In this document: piece after piece, positions 36,837 through 45,144 of the stretch
How positions within the stretch are numbered: the first letter of the stretch is position 1
Layout: every line of letters begins with the position of its first letter
Source of the DNA: a virus
Taxonomy: Duplodnaviria > Caudoviricetes
Virus record (IMG/VR): IMGVR_UViG_3300025280_000039
Span: 1-55,777 of that record
Reading direction: 5' to 3' (one strand)
DNA: 55,777 bases
Program-made: the position numbers and the translations under genes
Notes under the pieces: generated by a model
Database searches by the model: none
The model's input: the letters and a program-made list of their open reading frames with translations, nothing else
Told to the model about the DNA's origin: nothing

Positions 36837-37340
36837 TTATGCGCTCACGGTTACCGGGCCAGCGGAGGCGAAACCTCCTCCCCCTCTAGTATTACCTACA
36901 GTGGCAGTTCCACTGCTCGCGGTAAAAGTATATGTGTCGTCATCTACCTTGGTTATAGTTCGACCAGCAGCAATCTCAAGAACTGCTTCCGTAAACCCGT
37001 CAAAAGCTTCCGCATCTCTAAAGCGTACGGTGTCCCCTGTGCTTCTACCGTGCCCGGGTTCCGTTACGGTTATTACATCTGACCCACTCGAGGAAGATTC
37101 AAACGGGTTAAAGGGCAACAAAACCGTTACCGGAGGTTCCGTACGATCCGGCCTGCTGATTCTTAAAGCTTGAGGATCTGACCTGTGAGGACTTGGAGTT
37201 AACTGAGGCTGTTTAGGCTCGTATTCATCCCTTCCTACTAAAAGACCGTTCCACTCCTTAATCATATCGTTAAGGTGGTAGGCCCTTCCGGATCGATCTG
37301 AGATCCCTAATGCATGTTTCCCACTGGCGAATCTAGGCAT
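36837..37340 (-). CDS. hypothetical virion protein
   Basis: FASGKHALGISDRSG...EWNG...EPKQPQL; C-terminal ITVTEPGHGRSTGDTV domain. Confidence 0.6.
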   Translation of the reverse strand: MPRFASGKHALGISDRSGRAYHLNDMIKEWNGLLVGRDEYEPKQPQLTPSPHRSDPQALRISRPDRTEPPVTVLLPFNPFESSSSGSDVITVTEPGHGRSTGDTVRFRDAEAFDGFTEAVLEIAAGRTITKVDDDTYTFTASSGTATVGNTRGGGGFASAGPVTVSA

Positions 37341-37341
37341 C

Positions 37342-38244
37342 CTAAATCCTCAATGAAGCGTAACTTGGAACCAGTCTAAGAGGTACGCCGTGGTCTATGT
37401 CTTCAGAGGAAGCCCTTTGGAACTCCTCTTCATACATCATTTTTAACGCATCAATCCTCTGGGGGGAACGTTTAAGAGCTATCTGGTAAGAGAGACCAGC
37501 AACCAGGCAGGGCAGGAATCGGAAAGGTATCTGGGCTGTGTTGACCGCAGCATCCGCATCTTCCAGGCGTTTCATGCGGTAATAAATTATCGTATCCGTA
37601 GAATTCTCTGGTACGGGCCATACGGTAATAGTTGGGGTTATCTGTCTATCAACATAGAACTCCGTTGGCCGACCTTGTGTAGTCTTTTTAGGAATACTCA
37701 AATACTCTTGCCGGCTCATCCTCGTTATAGACAAATCCTCACTATCTCTTTGGATTACAGCCTCGAGCACATCAACCGTGGCCTGCACATCAGCAAGAGA
37801 CGGATCGGCACTGATGGTAGTGCTAGCGGAACTACTTGATCCGGTAATTGTCTCGGATGTGGTAAAAGCCCCACTGGGGACCGTCAAGGTCATGGTCGTA
37901 CCGGACGGCTTAGTGATAATTTCGGCGGTTACCCCACTGCTGCCGCCAGTAATGGTCTCTCCAATAGAAAAACTGCCAGAGGCGCCAACGGTGGCGGTTA
38001 TGGTTCCTATGGGGTAAGTAGCAACGGCGGAGGAAGTAGACAATTGAGCCATCGCTTGGGAAATCTGCTCAACTGTCCATAAGTTAAGCCCTCTGTTCGC
38101 CCAATCAGCGAACAGGAGGTTTAACGACCTACGAGCTGTTTTTGAATCATATCCAGTACGAAGTTCAAGGCCGCATCGCTCAAAGGCTTCCTCGGTAACT
38201 TCCGCCATATCTAGGTTGAAGTCGACCGATCCAGATGTCGCCAT
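37342..38244 (-). CDS. head completion / adaptor-like protein
   Basis: EEAFERCG...TARRSLNLLFADWANRGLNLWT...VWPVP...IPFRFLPCLVAGL. Confidence 0.65.
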   Translation of the reverse strand: MATSGSVDFNLDMAEVTEEAFERCGLELRTGYDSKTARRSLNLLFADWANRGLNLWTVEQISQAMAQLSTSSAVATYPIGTITATVGASGSFSIGETITGGSSGVTAEIITKPSGTTMTLTVPSGAFTTSETITGSSSSASTTISADPSLADVQATVDVLEAVIQRDSEDLSITRMSRQEYLSIPKKTTQGRPTEFYVDRQITPTITVWPVPENSTDTIIYYRMKRLEDADAAVNTAQIPFRFLPCLVAGLSYQIALKRSPQRIDALKMMYEEEFQRASSEDIDHGVPLRLVPSYASLRI

Positions 38245-38253
38245 GTTTCCTCC

Positions 38254-38469
38254 TCAAGGCCAAATAGCGAGGCGGATTGCGATCACTAATTGTCCTACTA
38301 TCAAAAAGCCCACTCCCCATAGAACTTTTGACATGGTGTCAATAGATCTTTGAAGATGAAAAATGTCGTTGGTTTTCAAAACCTCGATCTTCTCTGACAT
38401 CAATTTAAGCTCGCCTTTGATCTTGACGAGTTCCAGCTCATTCCGGCGTTCTAGGCTGTCATCAGCCAT
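38254..38469 (-). CDS. small membrane protein (coiled coil plus C-terminal TM)
   Basis: VLWGVGFLIVGQLVIAI hydrophobic C-terminus. Confidence 0.6.
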   Translation of the reverse strand: MADDSLERRNELELVKIKGELKLMSEKIEVLKTNDIFHLQRSIDTMSKVLWGVGFLIVGQLVIAIRLAIWP

Positions 38470-38876
38470 TAGAACTCTTTCACCATCTCCAGAACTATGG
38501 AGTAGGTGTCCCCAGATGTGTGTCCAACAGTTGTAAATTGAATATCCCCGGTCTTTCCGGAACCCGATGCATTGGGTAGCCCACCGAAAGAAGAGAAATC
38601 TAGAGTGTCGCTCCAGTCAGCCTGGAGTTGAAGCGCAATAACATCTGCGGTTGCATCCCACAGAACCTTAACTCCCATCCCTACAGTGGAATACCAAACC
38701 TTGGTTATACGAACTCCGGTGCAGGTAACACCTGCACCATCCGGATAAGCGCCCAAGGCGGATACATCTACCTTTGTAACGGCAGATTCCCCAGTCCCGT
38801 CGCTGGTATTGGTGAAGTACATAACGGCCTTTCGAGGGCCGTCATCAACGGTCGTTGAAGTAACAGCGTCAGCCAT
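38469..38876 (-). CDS. hypothetical virion protein
   Basis: SDGTGESAVTKVDVSAL...DFSSFGGL; AGGAG SD. Confidence 0.65.
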   Translation of the reverse strand: MADAVTSTTVDDGPRKAVMYFTNTSDGTGESAVTKVDVSALGAYPDGAGVTCTGVRITKVWYSTVGMGVKVLWDATADVIALQLQADWSDTLDFSSFGGLPNASGSGKTGDIQFTTVGHTSGDTYSIVLEMVKEF

Positions 38877-38890
38877 TTTAAGCTCCTTTT

Positions 38891-38914
38891 AAAAAGGAAG
38901 GGGGCGAGCCCCCT
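38891..38914 (-). terminator. intrinsic terminator
   Basis: Minus strand AGGGGG-CTCG-CCCCCT then TCCTTTTT. Confidence 0.6.
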
Positions 38915-38921
38915 AACCTAG

Positions 38922-39470
38922 TTATGCAACCTGCACATACTCAATGACGAACGTAAAAGAGCCTGCCGTAGTGGCATCCACTGTGTTGGTGATATTGCAA
39001 TAAATAGTTCGTTCAGCAGAAGCGTATTGCACAGAAGCTGGGGCAGTTGTCGTATTTTGGGTCTGAACAACCAAAGTAGTCGTAGTTACGTTGCCTACCA
39101 CAACGGTAGTTCCACCATCCAGAATCTCATCTGTTATGGCCGCAACAATCTGAGCGCCAGAGCTACTAGTACCTACCTCATATCCAATATCCCCCGTTCC
39201 AATAACCGGAGCAGTGACACAGAAAATCTTGATATCGGTCATGATGGTATTGGCAGGCTGCGTAAACTCGCCGATAGCGGGACTATCGCCAGCAGTCGTA
39301 TTGACCGTTACGCCTGTAGCCAAACCAACATGCTTTATGTATTTGTCAGTTACAATTCCCGTAGAGGCAATGTCAAAAGTATTCGTGACAGCACCCGTTC
39401 CTGACGCAATATTGATTACTTCGAATCCGTTTTCTGAACGAACCGGACCATTAAAAGTTGTATTAGCCAT
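38922..39470 (-). CDS. capsid-associated structural protein
   Basis: MANTTFNGPVRSENGF start; directly downstream of major capsid gene. Confidence 0.65.
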   Translation of the reverse strand: MANTTFNGPVRSENGFEVINIASGTGAVTNTFDIASTGIVTDKYIKHVGLATGVTVNTTAGDSPAIGEFTQPANTIMTDIKIFCVTAPVIGTGDIGYEVGTSSSGAQIVAAITDEILDGGTTVVVGNVTTTTLVVQTQNTTTAPASVQYASAERTIYCNITNTVDATTAGSFTFVIEYVQVA

Positions 39471-39559
39471 CTCGGCTAACCTCCTTACAAAGGTTTTGTT
39501 CTAGCGTCTTGTAAGCGTCTGCTGGGGCAGTCTCTAGAACTTATAGTTCCCAGTTAAAT

Positions 39560-39584
39560 GAAGGGGGCGAAGAACGCCCCCTTC
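39560..39584 (-). terminator. hairpin downstream of major capsid gene (probable terminator)
   Basis: Perfect 10-bp stem GAAGGGGGCG/CGCCCCCTTC, 5-nt loop; weak U tract. Confidence 0.55.
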
Positions 39585-39597
39585 GATACATCACAAA

Positions 39598-40506
39598 TCA
39601 CGCACCAGGCGAACCGTAGACACAACGTGGATCTGAGTACCCGAAGCTATAACGCTCTCGAGCCTTAAATCGTACGTTACCAGTATCAAAGTCACCTTCC
39701 ATCTTGGTGGACATGGACATCCGCTCAAAATGGATAAACCCACGAGGTGCATCAGTTTTGATGAACCAAGCATCGGTATCAGTGAGATAGTGGTTAATGA
39801 CATAACCCTGCGGCAACATTCCCATGTTGCGAACAGCGTTGATGTCATTGTCTGCCGTACCCGGACGAAGAGTGGACTCAAGCAGTCGATCCGCTATGAA
39901 CTGTCCTGCCGGCGGAACAACCAGTTTCATTCCACGAACACTTACCTTCAAACCACGCTCATCAACATATGCAGCAATGTCGATCAGGCCGTTCTCGAGG
40001 CTAGTCTCGTTCAGGTCAGCGGCGGTGCTAGGCTCATTCCGAAGAGTGTTACCACTCACCAGAGGATGGTCCGTCGCACACAGCTCTTTGGCATCGCCGC
40101 CTGGGAAACTGCTATCAAAAGCATTGTTCAGCGTAGCTGCACCCTTCACCTGTTTGGTGTTGGCCATGCTACGAGCCAAAGCTTTCGTGTAACGTGAAGC
40201 AAGACGGTCATACAGATTATCTTCAATTGCTTCCTCAGTAATTGAGAATGCAAGAGCGATAGTCTCATGCGTATATCTTGCCGTGTAGGCTTCCTGCGCA
40301 TCATCAAAAGAGATCGCCGTCCCTTCCGACTTCACAGGAGCCGCCCCAAAGCCAGAGAGCATCACTTCTTCTTCGAAAGCACGTTCCGAAGATTCAGTGT
40401 CATAAATCTCTTTAGCTTCATTGTCATACCTGGCGTACTCCAAACCAAACAGAGCATTAAGGCCAGGCTCTAGCTCTTTAGCTAGTTGAGCTCTACTAAT
40501 AGCCAT
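39598..40506 (-). CDS. major capsid protein
   Basis: MAISRAQLAKELEPGLNALFG...ITEEAIEDNLY...DFDTGNVRFKARERYSFG. Confidence 0.9.
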   Translation of the reverse strand: MAISRAQLAKELEPGLNALFGLEYARYDNEAKEIYDTESSERAFEEEVMLSGFGAAPVKSEGTAISFDDAQEAYTARYTHETIALAFSITEEAIEDNLYDRLASRYTKALARSMANTKQVKGAATLNNAFDSSFPGGDAKELCATDHPLVSGNTLRNEPSTAADLNETSLENGLIDIAAYVDERGLKVSVRGMKLVVPPAGQFIADRLLESTLRPGTADNDINAVRNMGMLPQGYVINHYLTDTDAWFIKTDAPRGFIHFERMSMSTKMEGDFDTGNVRFKARERYSFGYSDPRCVYGSPGA

Positions 40507-40518
40507 TTCTCAATACTC

Positions 40519-41163
40519 CTATATGCCAGTGGTTGAAACAGTACCACCAGCAGCAGCGCCGTTAGGACTGTTGAAGTGGTTGTTCAACCGTACGATGGCA
40601 CCAATGCCGGCTGCGCCAAAATCTGCGTTCTCTGGATCGTCCACCCACCCCATGATTCTCATATTAAGAGTATTGGTGGTATTGATCGTACTGATAGCCA
40701 ATCGCCCCAGAGAAATGCCAGTTGAATCTGTGCCAGTTATTGCCGTGGAAAAATTAGCATTCGCAAACCTAGCTGCCAATGCTGTGGCCTTACTAGTCCA
40801 CGTAGCGTCCGTTGCAACTACAAACAGTTGCATCGGATCATCAGCAATAAACGCCTTTACGGGATGATTGCTGTCCGCTCCGCTGCCAGGCCAATAATTT
40901 TTCCATACCGTTTTTCCAGTGGTGGAATCTACATACTCACAACCCTGAAAAGCGCCCAACAACCCAACAGTCCCACCAGCAGCCGCCCCGCAAAGATCTA
41001 TGTACCCCGTAGATAGGGGTATGACGGGCATGCCATGATAAAGCTTGTTGGTATTGCCGTTTGCAATTTCATACATTGTGTAGCCAGATACACCAGTGGA
41101 ATTGGCATTCGACCCCAGTTTACTTAGAGGTCTCAGGCCAAAACTACCATTGATGTTAGCCAT
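40519..41163 (-). CDS. capsid-associated (cement/decoration-like) protein
   Basis: MANINGSFGLRP...GAFQGCEY...ADDP; directly upstream of MCP. Confidence 0.6.
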   Translation of the reverse strand: MANINGSFGLRPLSKLGSNANSTGVSGYTMYEIANGNTNKLYHGMPVIPLSTGYIDLCGAAAGGTVGLLGAFQGCEYVDSTTGKTVWKNYWPGSGADSNHPVKAFIADDPMQLFVVATDATWTSKATALAARFANANFSTAITGTDSTGISLGRLAISTINTTNTLNMRIMGWVDDPENADFGAAGIGAIVRLNNHFNSPNGAAAGGTVSTTGI

Positions 41164-41176
41164 TTAAATTAACTCC

Positions 41177-41668
41177 CTAGTCCTCTTCTTTACGAGGACC
41201 GCCTAAAGTCACACTTGAACGCCGCTCAGGTTGACTGATCGGCATCGCCGGATGCTGCTCACGAGCAAGGTCGTTATCGACAGCAGTCATTTGATCGCGG
41301 GTCATACCCTGAAAATAACTTTTGCGTTCTTCAACGATTTCGAGAGGAACCCTGGCTAGAAGCAATCCTCCTACTCCAATCACACCGGCATGTTTCCCAT
41401 CTTCGATGGTCGGCGCTTCGAAGTCCGGATATTCATCACCGCGAACAAGCTCATAGCCTTCACGAATACGAGCGGCTATGTTCTTGCGGTCATCAAAACC
41501 CATCACTTCGGCTCTCACCCACCTGTGCTTGTAGCCCTCAGGTGGAGGGGGAGCGTCCAATATGGACGGTGGTTTCCAAGGTTCTCTGCGTGCTTGCTTT
41601 GCACGAGTTTGATTTGCGCGTGGCGTCCTAGTGGTTTTCTGGCTAACTGTGTTTTCAATTTCATTCAT
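41177..41668 (-). CDS. conserved head-module hypothetical protein
   Basis: WKPPSILDAPPPPEGYKHRWVR...REGYELV...IGVGGLLLAR. Confidence 0.7.
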   Translation of the reverse strand: MNEIENTVSQKTTRTPRANQTRAKQARREPWKPPSILDAPPPPEGYKHRWVRAEVMGFDDRKNIAARIREGYELVRGDEYPDFEAPTIEDGKHAGVIGVGGLLLARVPLEIVEERKSYFQGMTRDQMTAVDNDLAREQHPAMPISQPERRSSVTLGGPRKEED

Positions 41669-41670
41669 GG

Positions 41671-42537
41671 CTAATCCCTCACGTATTTTGCATATTCTTC
41701 AAGAGGCACATTCAGCCTCTTGGCAATCGCAACCTGTGAAGGCGATAGCCGCACAGTTTTTCGTCCACTGCTCTTATTGCGGGATGCAGAAGCCTCGGCT
41801 GACGCAACCTTACGGCTTCCCCCGTTTGACCTAGGTTTCTGGTCGAACTTATGTGGGAACTCCGACCTCATCCTACTGTCAAGTTCAGAATAATACTCGT
41901 CAGAGGAGGGATCAAACCCATCATCCTCCACTAACCGTCTATGCACACCAAAAGCGGCATATGTCATAACTTCATCCTGGCCAAACCAGTTATTTTTGGC
42001 AGCCCACGCTTCCGCCTTAGGATCTGGCGGTGCAGGGGTCTGTGGCTGAGATGGAGTCTGTGGCGCAGATTGTGCAGGTTCTTCACGTTGCGCCCTGGCT
42101 AAAGTGCCTTTTTCATAAGTAAGACTGGAAAGGGCCTCTTGAGCCTCTACAAGCTTATCTACATCACCGCTTTCATGCGCTTCTTTTAAAATTCTCTTAG
42201 CCGTGTCCAACTGAGACTCGACACGATCTCCAAACTGCTTTTGATAACCCTTATCTAGGTCATCTATGCGTTTTTTAAGAGAATCGTTTTCTTGCTTGAC
42301 GTTTTCCGCAAACTGAATGGCGCTCTGCTTCTGGCGCTCTTCTTCACGAAAACGTTTGGTGAGTTCGCCTATTCGAGTCTTAACCCCAACACTATATTCC
42401 TCCAACTCTTCATCTTGAGTGGAGACTTCTAGGGCTTCGGTTTTCGGCTCTTCGGCTTCGGTCTCGGGGTTTAAATCAACATTTACTGAGGATTCTTCAG
42501 AATCCCCTACATCAATATCTTTTTCTTCAGGAGGCAT
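41671..42537 (-). CDS. capsid scaffolding protein
   Basis: Acidic N-terminus, coiled coil, PDPKAEAWA..N.WFG, C-terminal QVAIAKRLNVPLEEYAK; between portal and MCP. Confidence 0.7.
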   Translation of the reverse strand: MPPEEKDIDVGDSEESSVNVDLNPETEAEEPKTEALEVSTQDEELEEYSVGVKTRIGELTKRFREEERQKQSAIQFAENVKQENDSLKKRIDDLDKGYQKQFGDRVESQLDTAKRILKEAHESGDVDKLVEAQEALSSLTYEKGTLARAQREEPAQSAPQTPSQPQTPAPPDPKAEAWAAKNNWFGQDEVMTYAAFGVHRRLVEDDGFDPSSDEYYSELDSRMRSEFPHKFDQKPRSNGGSRKVASAEASASRNKSSGRKTVRLSPSQVAIAKRLNVPLEEYAKYVRD

Positions 42538-42567
42538 GTCATTTTTCCCATAGCTCCTTTCTGCTTT

Positions 42568-43029
42568 CTAGACATGTTTAATATCATCAGGATCGATAAT
42601 AGTAGCAATGACCTCATCATCATTGATGATACGCACTTCGCCATCATCTAGCTTAAACCTAGAACCGGCATAACGACCAATGCAAATCCATTGGCCTTCC
42701 TCGCACCACGAACCCATATCCCCAAATTTTGCGGAATCTTTATAGGCCAATGGACCAATTTTAAGAACATAGGCAACAACGGTACCTAAAGCTTCCCTTT
42801 CTCGTACAACATCTGGAATGTGGATGCCACCGTCTGAGGTGGCTCTGCCCATATAGGGCATTACCAAAACCCTCCAGCCCGTAGGCTGCGGCAGACGTTC
42901 CTTGAGGTTTTTCGATAATCTGGAAGGGTCTAGATACCTATCTTTCTCTTCAACATAGGCATTTGCTATCGAATGTTCGGCTTTCTCACTTTCTGCGATG
43001 TGCTCAGGTACTAATAAGGGACTACTCAC
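42568..43029 (-). CDS. groES: GroES-like co-chaperonin
   Basis: PTGWRVLV...TSDGGIHIP...GPLAY...RYAGS..K...EVRIINDDEVIA. Confidence 0.85.
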   Translation of the reverse strand: MSSPLLVPEHIAESEKAEHSIANAYVEEKDRYLDPSRLSKNLKERLPQPTGWRVLVMPYMGRATSDGGIHIPDVVREREALGTVVAYVLKIGPLAYKDSAKFGDMGSWCEEGQWICIGRYAGSRFKLDDGEVRIINDDEVIATIIDPDDIKHV

Positions 43030-43223
43030 TCGTCATCCTCCGATCTCAGGGTGTCCTTGACCTCTTGCTCGGCAAACTCGAGCCCTGACAGCTCGCCGAC
43101 CAATTGGCGGTAACTCTCCATGTCCTTGGGAGTACCGTGTAAAATCGCATCTTCAGTCAACTTTATCCTGCCCTGGATGGCCCTGAGGACAGAATATGCA
43201 AACGTTACGGGGTCAGCCATCAA
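43026..43223 (-). CDS. small hypothetical protein
   Basis: DMESYRQLVGELSGL; directly before groES. Confidence 0.65.
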   Translation of the reverse strand: MMADPVTFAYSVLRAIQGRIKLTEDAILHGTPKDMESYRQLVGELSGLEFAEQEVKDTLRSEDDE

Positions 43224-44191
43224 AAATTCCTTTCATACAAAGGCTTGTCTACAAAACCGCCGTGGGCTTTAGTTATATCCAGACTTTCTGATTGTTCCGG
43301 GTCATATTCTGCCGAAATACTAGAACGGATATTTTTGGGGTTTAAAATGCCTATGGTTTTCTGGCCCTGCTCTGTCATTTTAATCGAATCAAACCCAGCC
43401 AGTCTCATTAGGTCACGAATTGCCTGCGCCCCGCCTTCGCCAAATATCTCTTCTGGTTCAAACCAAAAGTTATGTCTGTCAAATTTCTGGTTAACTCTCG
43501 CCGCCCGCCTTTGGGGGCTAAACGACTCAACCCAATCGTCACCGTACTTCTCTCGGTTTTCCTCATCATTGACGATCCGCATTATCGCTTCGTCGTCTTC
43601 TCGCATAAATGCGGCGCGTATCTTCGCCAATTGTTCCTTTGCTTTTGGCATGTCCACCTTGTGTCCCGCATTTAGCGCCTGCGTTATCAATTCGTTAGCA
43701 AACAAGTTTAGGGTCAGATATTTGGGCAGCGTGTCGGCATCAAACGATTTGCCCGGCTTTATCCTGATTGGATACACAACGTCATCGCCGCCCATGCTGC
43801 CTCGCGTCGCTGCGTATTTATTAGCTAAAAGCGGCTCTTCGCTACTCCACGTTATCCCCTTAAACTTATCAATATCCGCCCCCGTTCCATGATACAAAAC
43901 CTCTTCGCCAAACCCCATGCGCCGCGCCCGTTCCATCCGGCTTGCTTTGTCCATTGGCAGAGAAGTTATGCCGGTCTCTGCCGCCTGTGCTAAGTCCGCG
44001 ATACCTCCGGCGGCATCTTGCGCTGCTTTCAACCGCAGTTCCGCGGCTTTCTCCCGTGATTTGTCCCATATGGATTGGCCCCTCTGACCGCCCCGGCCCG
44101 GGGGATTGGACCCCCCACCGATAGTGGGAGTATGTGGGTGCGCTCCGGGGGGGAGTTTCACTCCACCTGGGGGTATCCATCCTCTAGCCAT
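43220..44191 (-). CDS. protein with ADP-ribosyltransferase-like (ART-PolyVal-type) domain
   Basis: VLYHGT..DIDKF...ANKYA...VVYPIRIK...GFDSI...ILNPKNIRS....YDP. Confidence 0.55.
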   Translation of the reverse strand: MARGWIPPGGVKLPPGAHPHTPTIGGGSNPPGRGGQRGQSIWDKSREKAAELRLKAAQDAAGGIADLAQAAETGITSLPMDKASRMERARRMGFGEEVLYHGTGADIDKFKGITWSSEEPLLANKYAATRGSMGGDDVVYPIRIKPGKSFDADTLPKYLTLNLFANELITQALNAGHKVDMPKAKEQLAKIRAAFMREDDEAIMRIVNDEENREKYGDDWVESFSPQRRAARVNQKFDRHNFWFEPEEIFGEGGAQAIRDLMRLAGFDSIKMTEQGQKTIGILNPKNIRSSISAEYDPEQSESLDITKAHGGFVDKPLYERNF

Positions 44192-44316
44192 CAAAAATTC
44201 CTTAGATAGGTAGACGGCTCCGTGTCTACCCAATCGTCACTAGGAAGCTGTACAAAATTTCCTTGCCTATACCGCATCAGAGGCGTTGATACTGGTGGAG
44301 CGCCACGTCCTGGCAT
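44191..44316 (-). CDS. small hypothetical protein (41 aa, not in ORF track)
   Basis: MPGRGAPPVSTPLMRYRQGNFV...YLRNF; GAGG SD; TGATG coupling to next gene. Confidence 0.45.
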   Translation of the reverse strand: MPGRGAPPVSTPLMRYRQGNFVQLPSDDWVDTEPSTYLRNF

Positions 44317-44328
44317 CAGCTTGTCCTC

Positions 44329-44553
44329 TTAGTAGGAACCTGAAAAGCTCTTACCTTTGACCGCCCCACCTTTGGAGTATTTGATAGGGCCACGCTTTTC
44401 ATGCACCATTCCACCGCCCATGTAACCTAGTTCGTCTACTTCATCTACTTCGACAGTAAAGCCATCGGGGGAACTTTCTACTCTTCCACCTGGAACTGTG
44501 GCTGCATATTCTTGCGCGGAAATCTCGTCATCGTAAATAACACCTTTTGGCAT
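44329..44553 (-). CDS. small hypothetical protein
   Basis: GYMGGGMV...YSKGGAVKG; coupled. Confidence 0.55.
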   Translation of the reverse strand: MPKGVIYDDEISAQEYAATVPGGRVESSPDGFTVEVDEVDELGYMGGGMVHEKRGPIKYSKGGAVKGKSFSGSY

Positions 44554-44708
44554 CAGAATGTCCTCGTAGGCTTTTTAGCCCTCTTACGGTCCTGATCAGA
44601 TATGGTTCTACCGCTTTCGTTAAGCTTCTTCTTAGCCAAGGCTTTAGCCCTCTTACGGTCCTGATCAGATATGGTTCTACCGCTTTCGTTAAGCTTCTTC
44701 TTAGCCAT
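44553..44708 (-). CDS. small basic protein with internal tandem duplication (51 aa, not in ORF track)
   Basis: MAKKKLNESGRTISDQDRKRAKALAKKKLNESGRTISDQDRKRAKKPTRTF; TGATG overlaps on both sides. Confidence 0.6.
   Translation of the reverse strand: MAKKKLNESGRTISDQDRKRAKALAKKKLNESGRTISDQDRKRAKKPTRTF
44574..44707. repeat. exact 65-bp direct repeat (69-bp period)
   Basis: 44574-44638 identical to 44643-44707. Confidence 0.9.
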
Positions 44709-45142
44709 CAGAATGTCCCCTTACCGTCATTGTTGTTGAAATAACGACCACGAACCTGAAATTCAGTACTTTGGATAAGCTGCTCAGTACCGCTATCTAG
44801 CTTCTTACGACCCCACTCCATGGGAACGTCCTCGGACCCATGCGTGACGTCATAAGCCATTCCACCATGCTCCATTTCCTTTGGCTTTTTCACAAGACCA
44901 CCTCTGTTCAGTTGTGTTCCACGTGGAACATCCACCGTTCCACCTTCAGCAAAGCCACTCACATTCTTGGCGAACTGCGCCCTTTTACGAGTAGTCGGCG
45001 AAAAATCATCAGGGTTTGCCAATACCTCGTTAGCATACCCCGCGGTGGACTTATCTGCGCGTTTTGCTGCCGCACTAAAGGAGCCAGTAGTCCCCTTCCG
45101 CTTCATTTCCCTCGTAGCTTTCTGAATCCACTTCTTAGCCAT
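44708..45142 (-). CDS. basic hypothetical protein
   Basis: MAKKWIQKA...RAQFAKN; after portal. Confidence 0.6.
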   Translation of the reverse strand: MAKKWIQKATREMKRKGTTGSFSAAAKRADKSTAGYANEVLANPDDFSPTTRKRAQFAKNVSGFAEGGTVDVPRGTQLNRGGLVKKPKEMEHGGMAYDVTHGSEDVPMEWGRKKLDSGTEQLIQSTEFQVRGRYFNNNDGKGTF

Positions 45143-45144
45143 GT

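Noticed and set aside
43245-43892. Long antisense ORFs (also 9882-10472, 11299-11832, 12504-13076, 39730-40197)
   Set aside because: Shadow frames opposite well-supported genes, with no recognisable motifs
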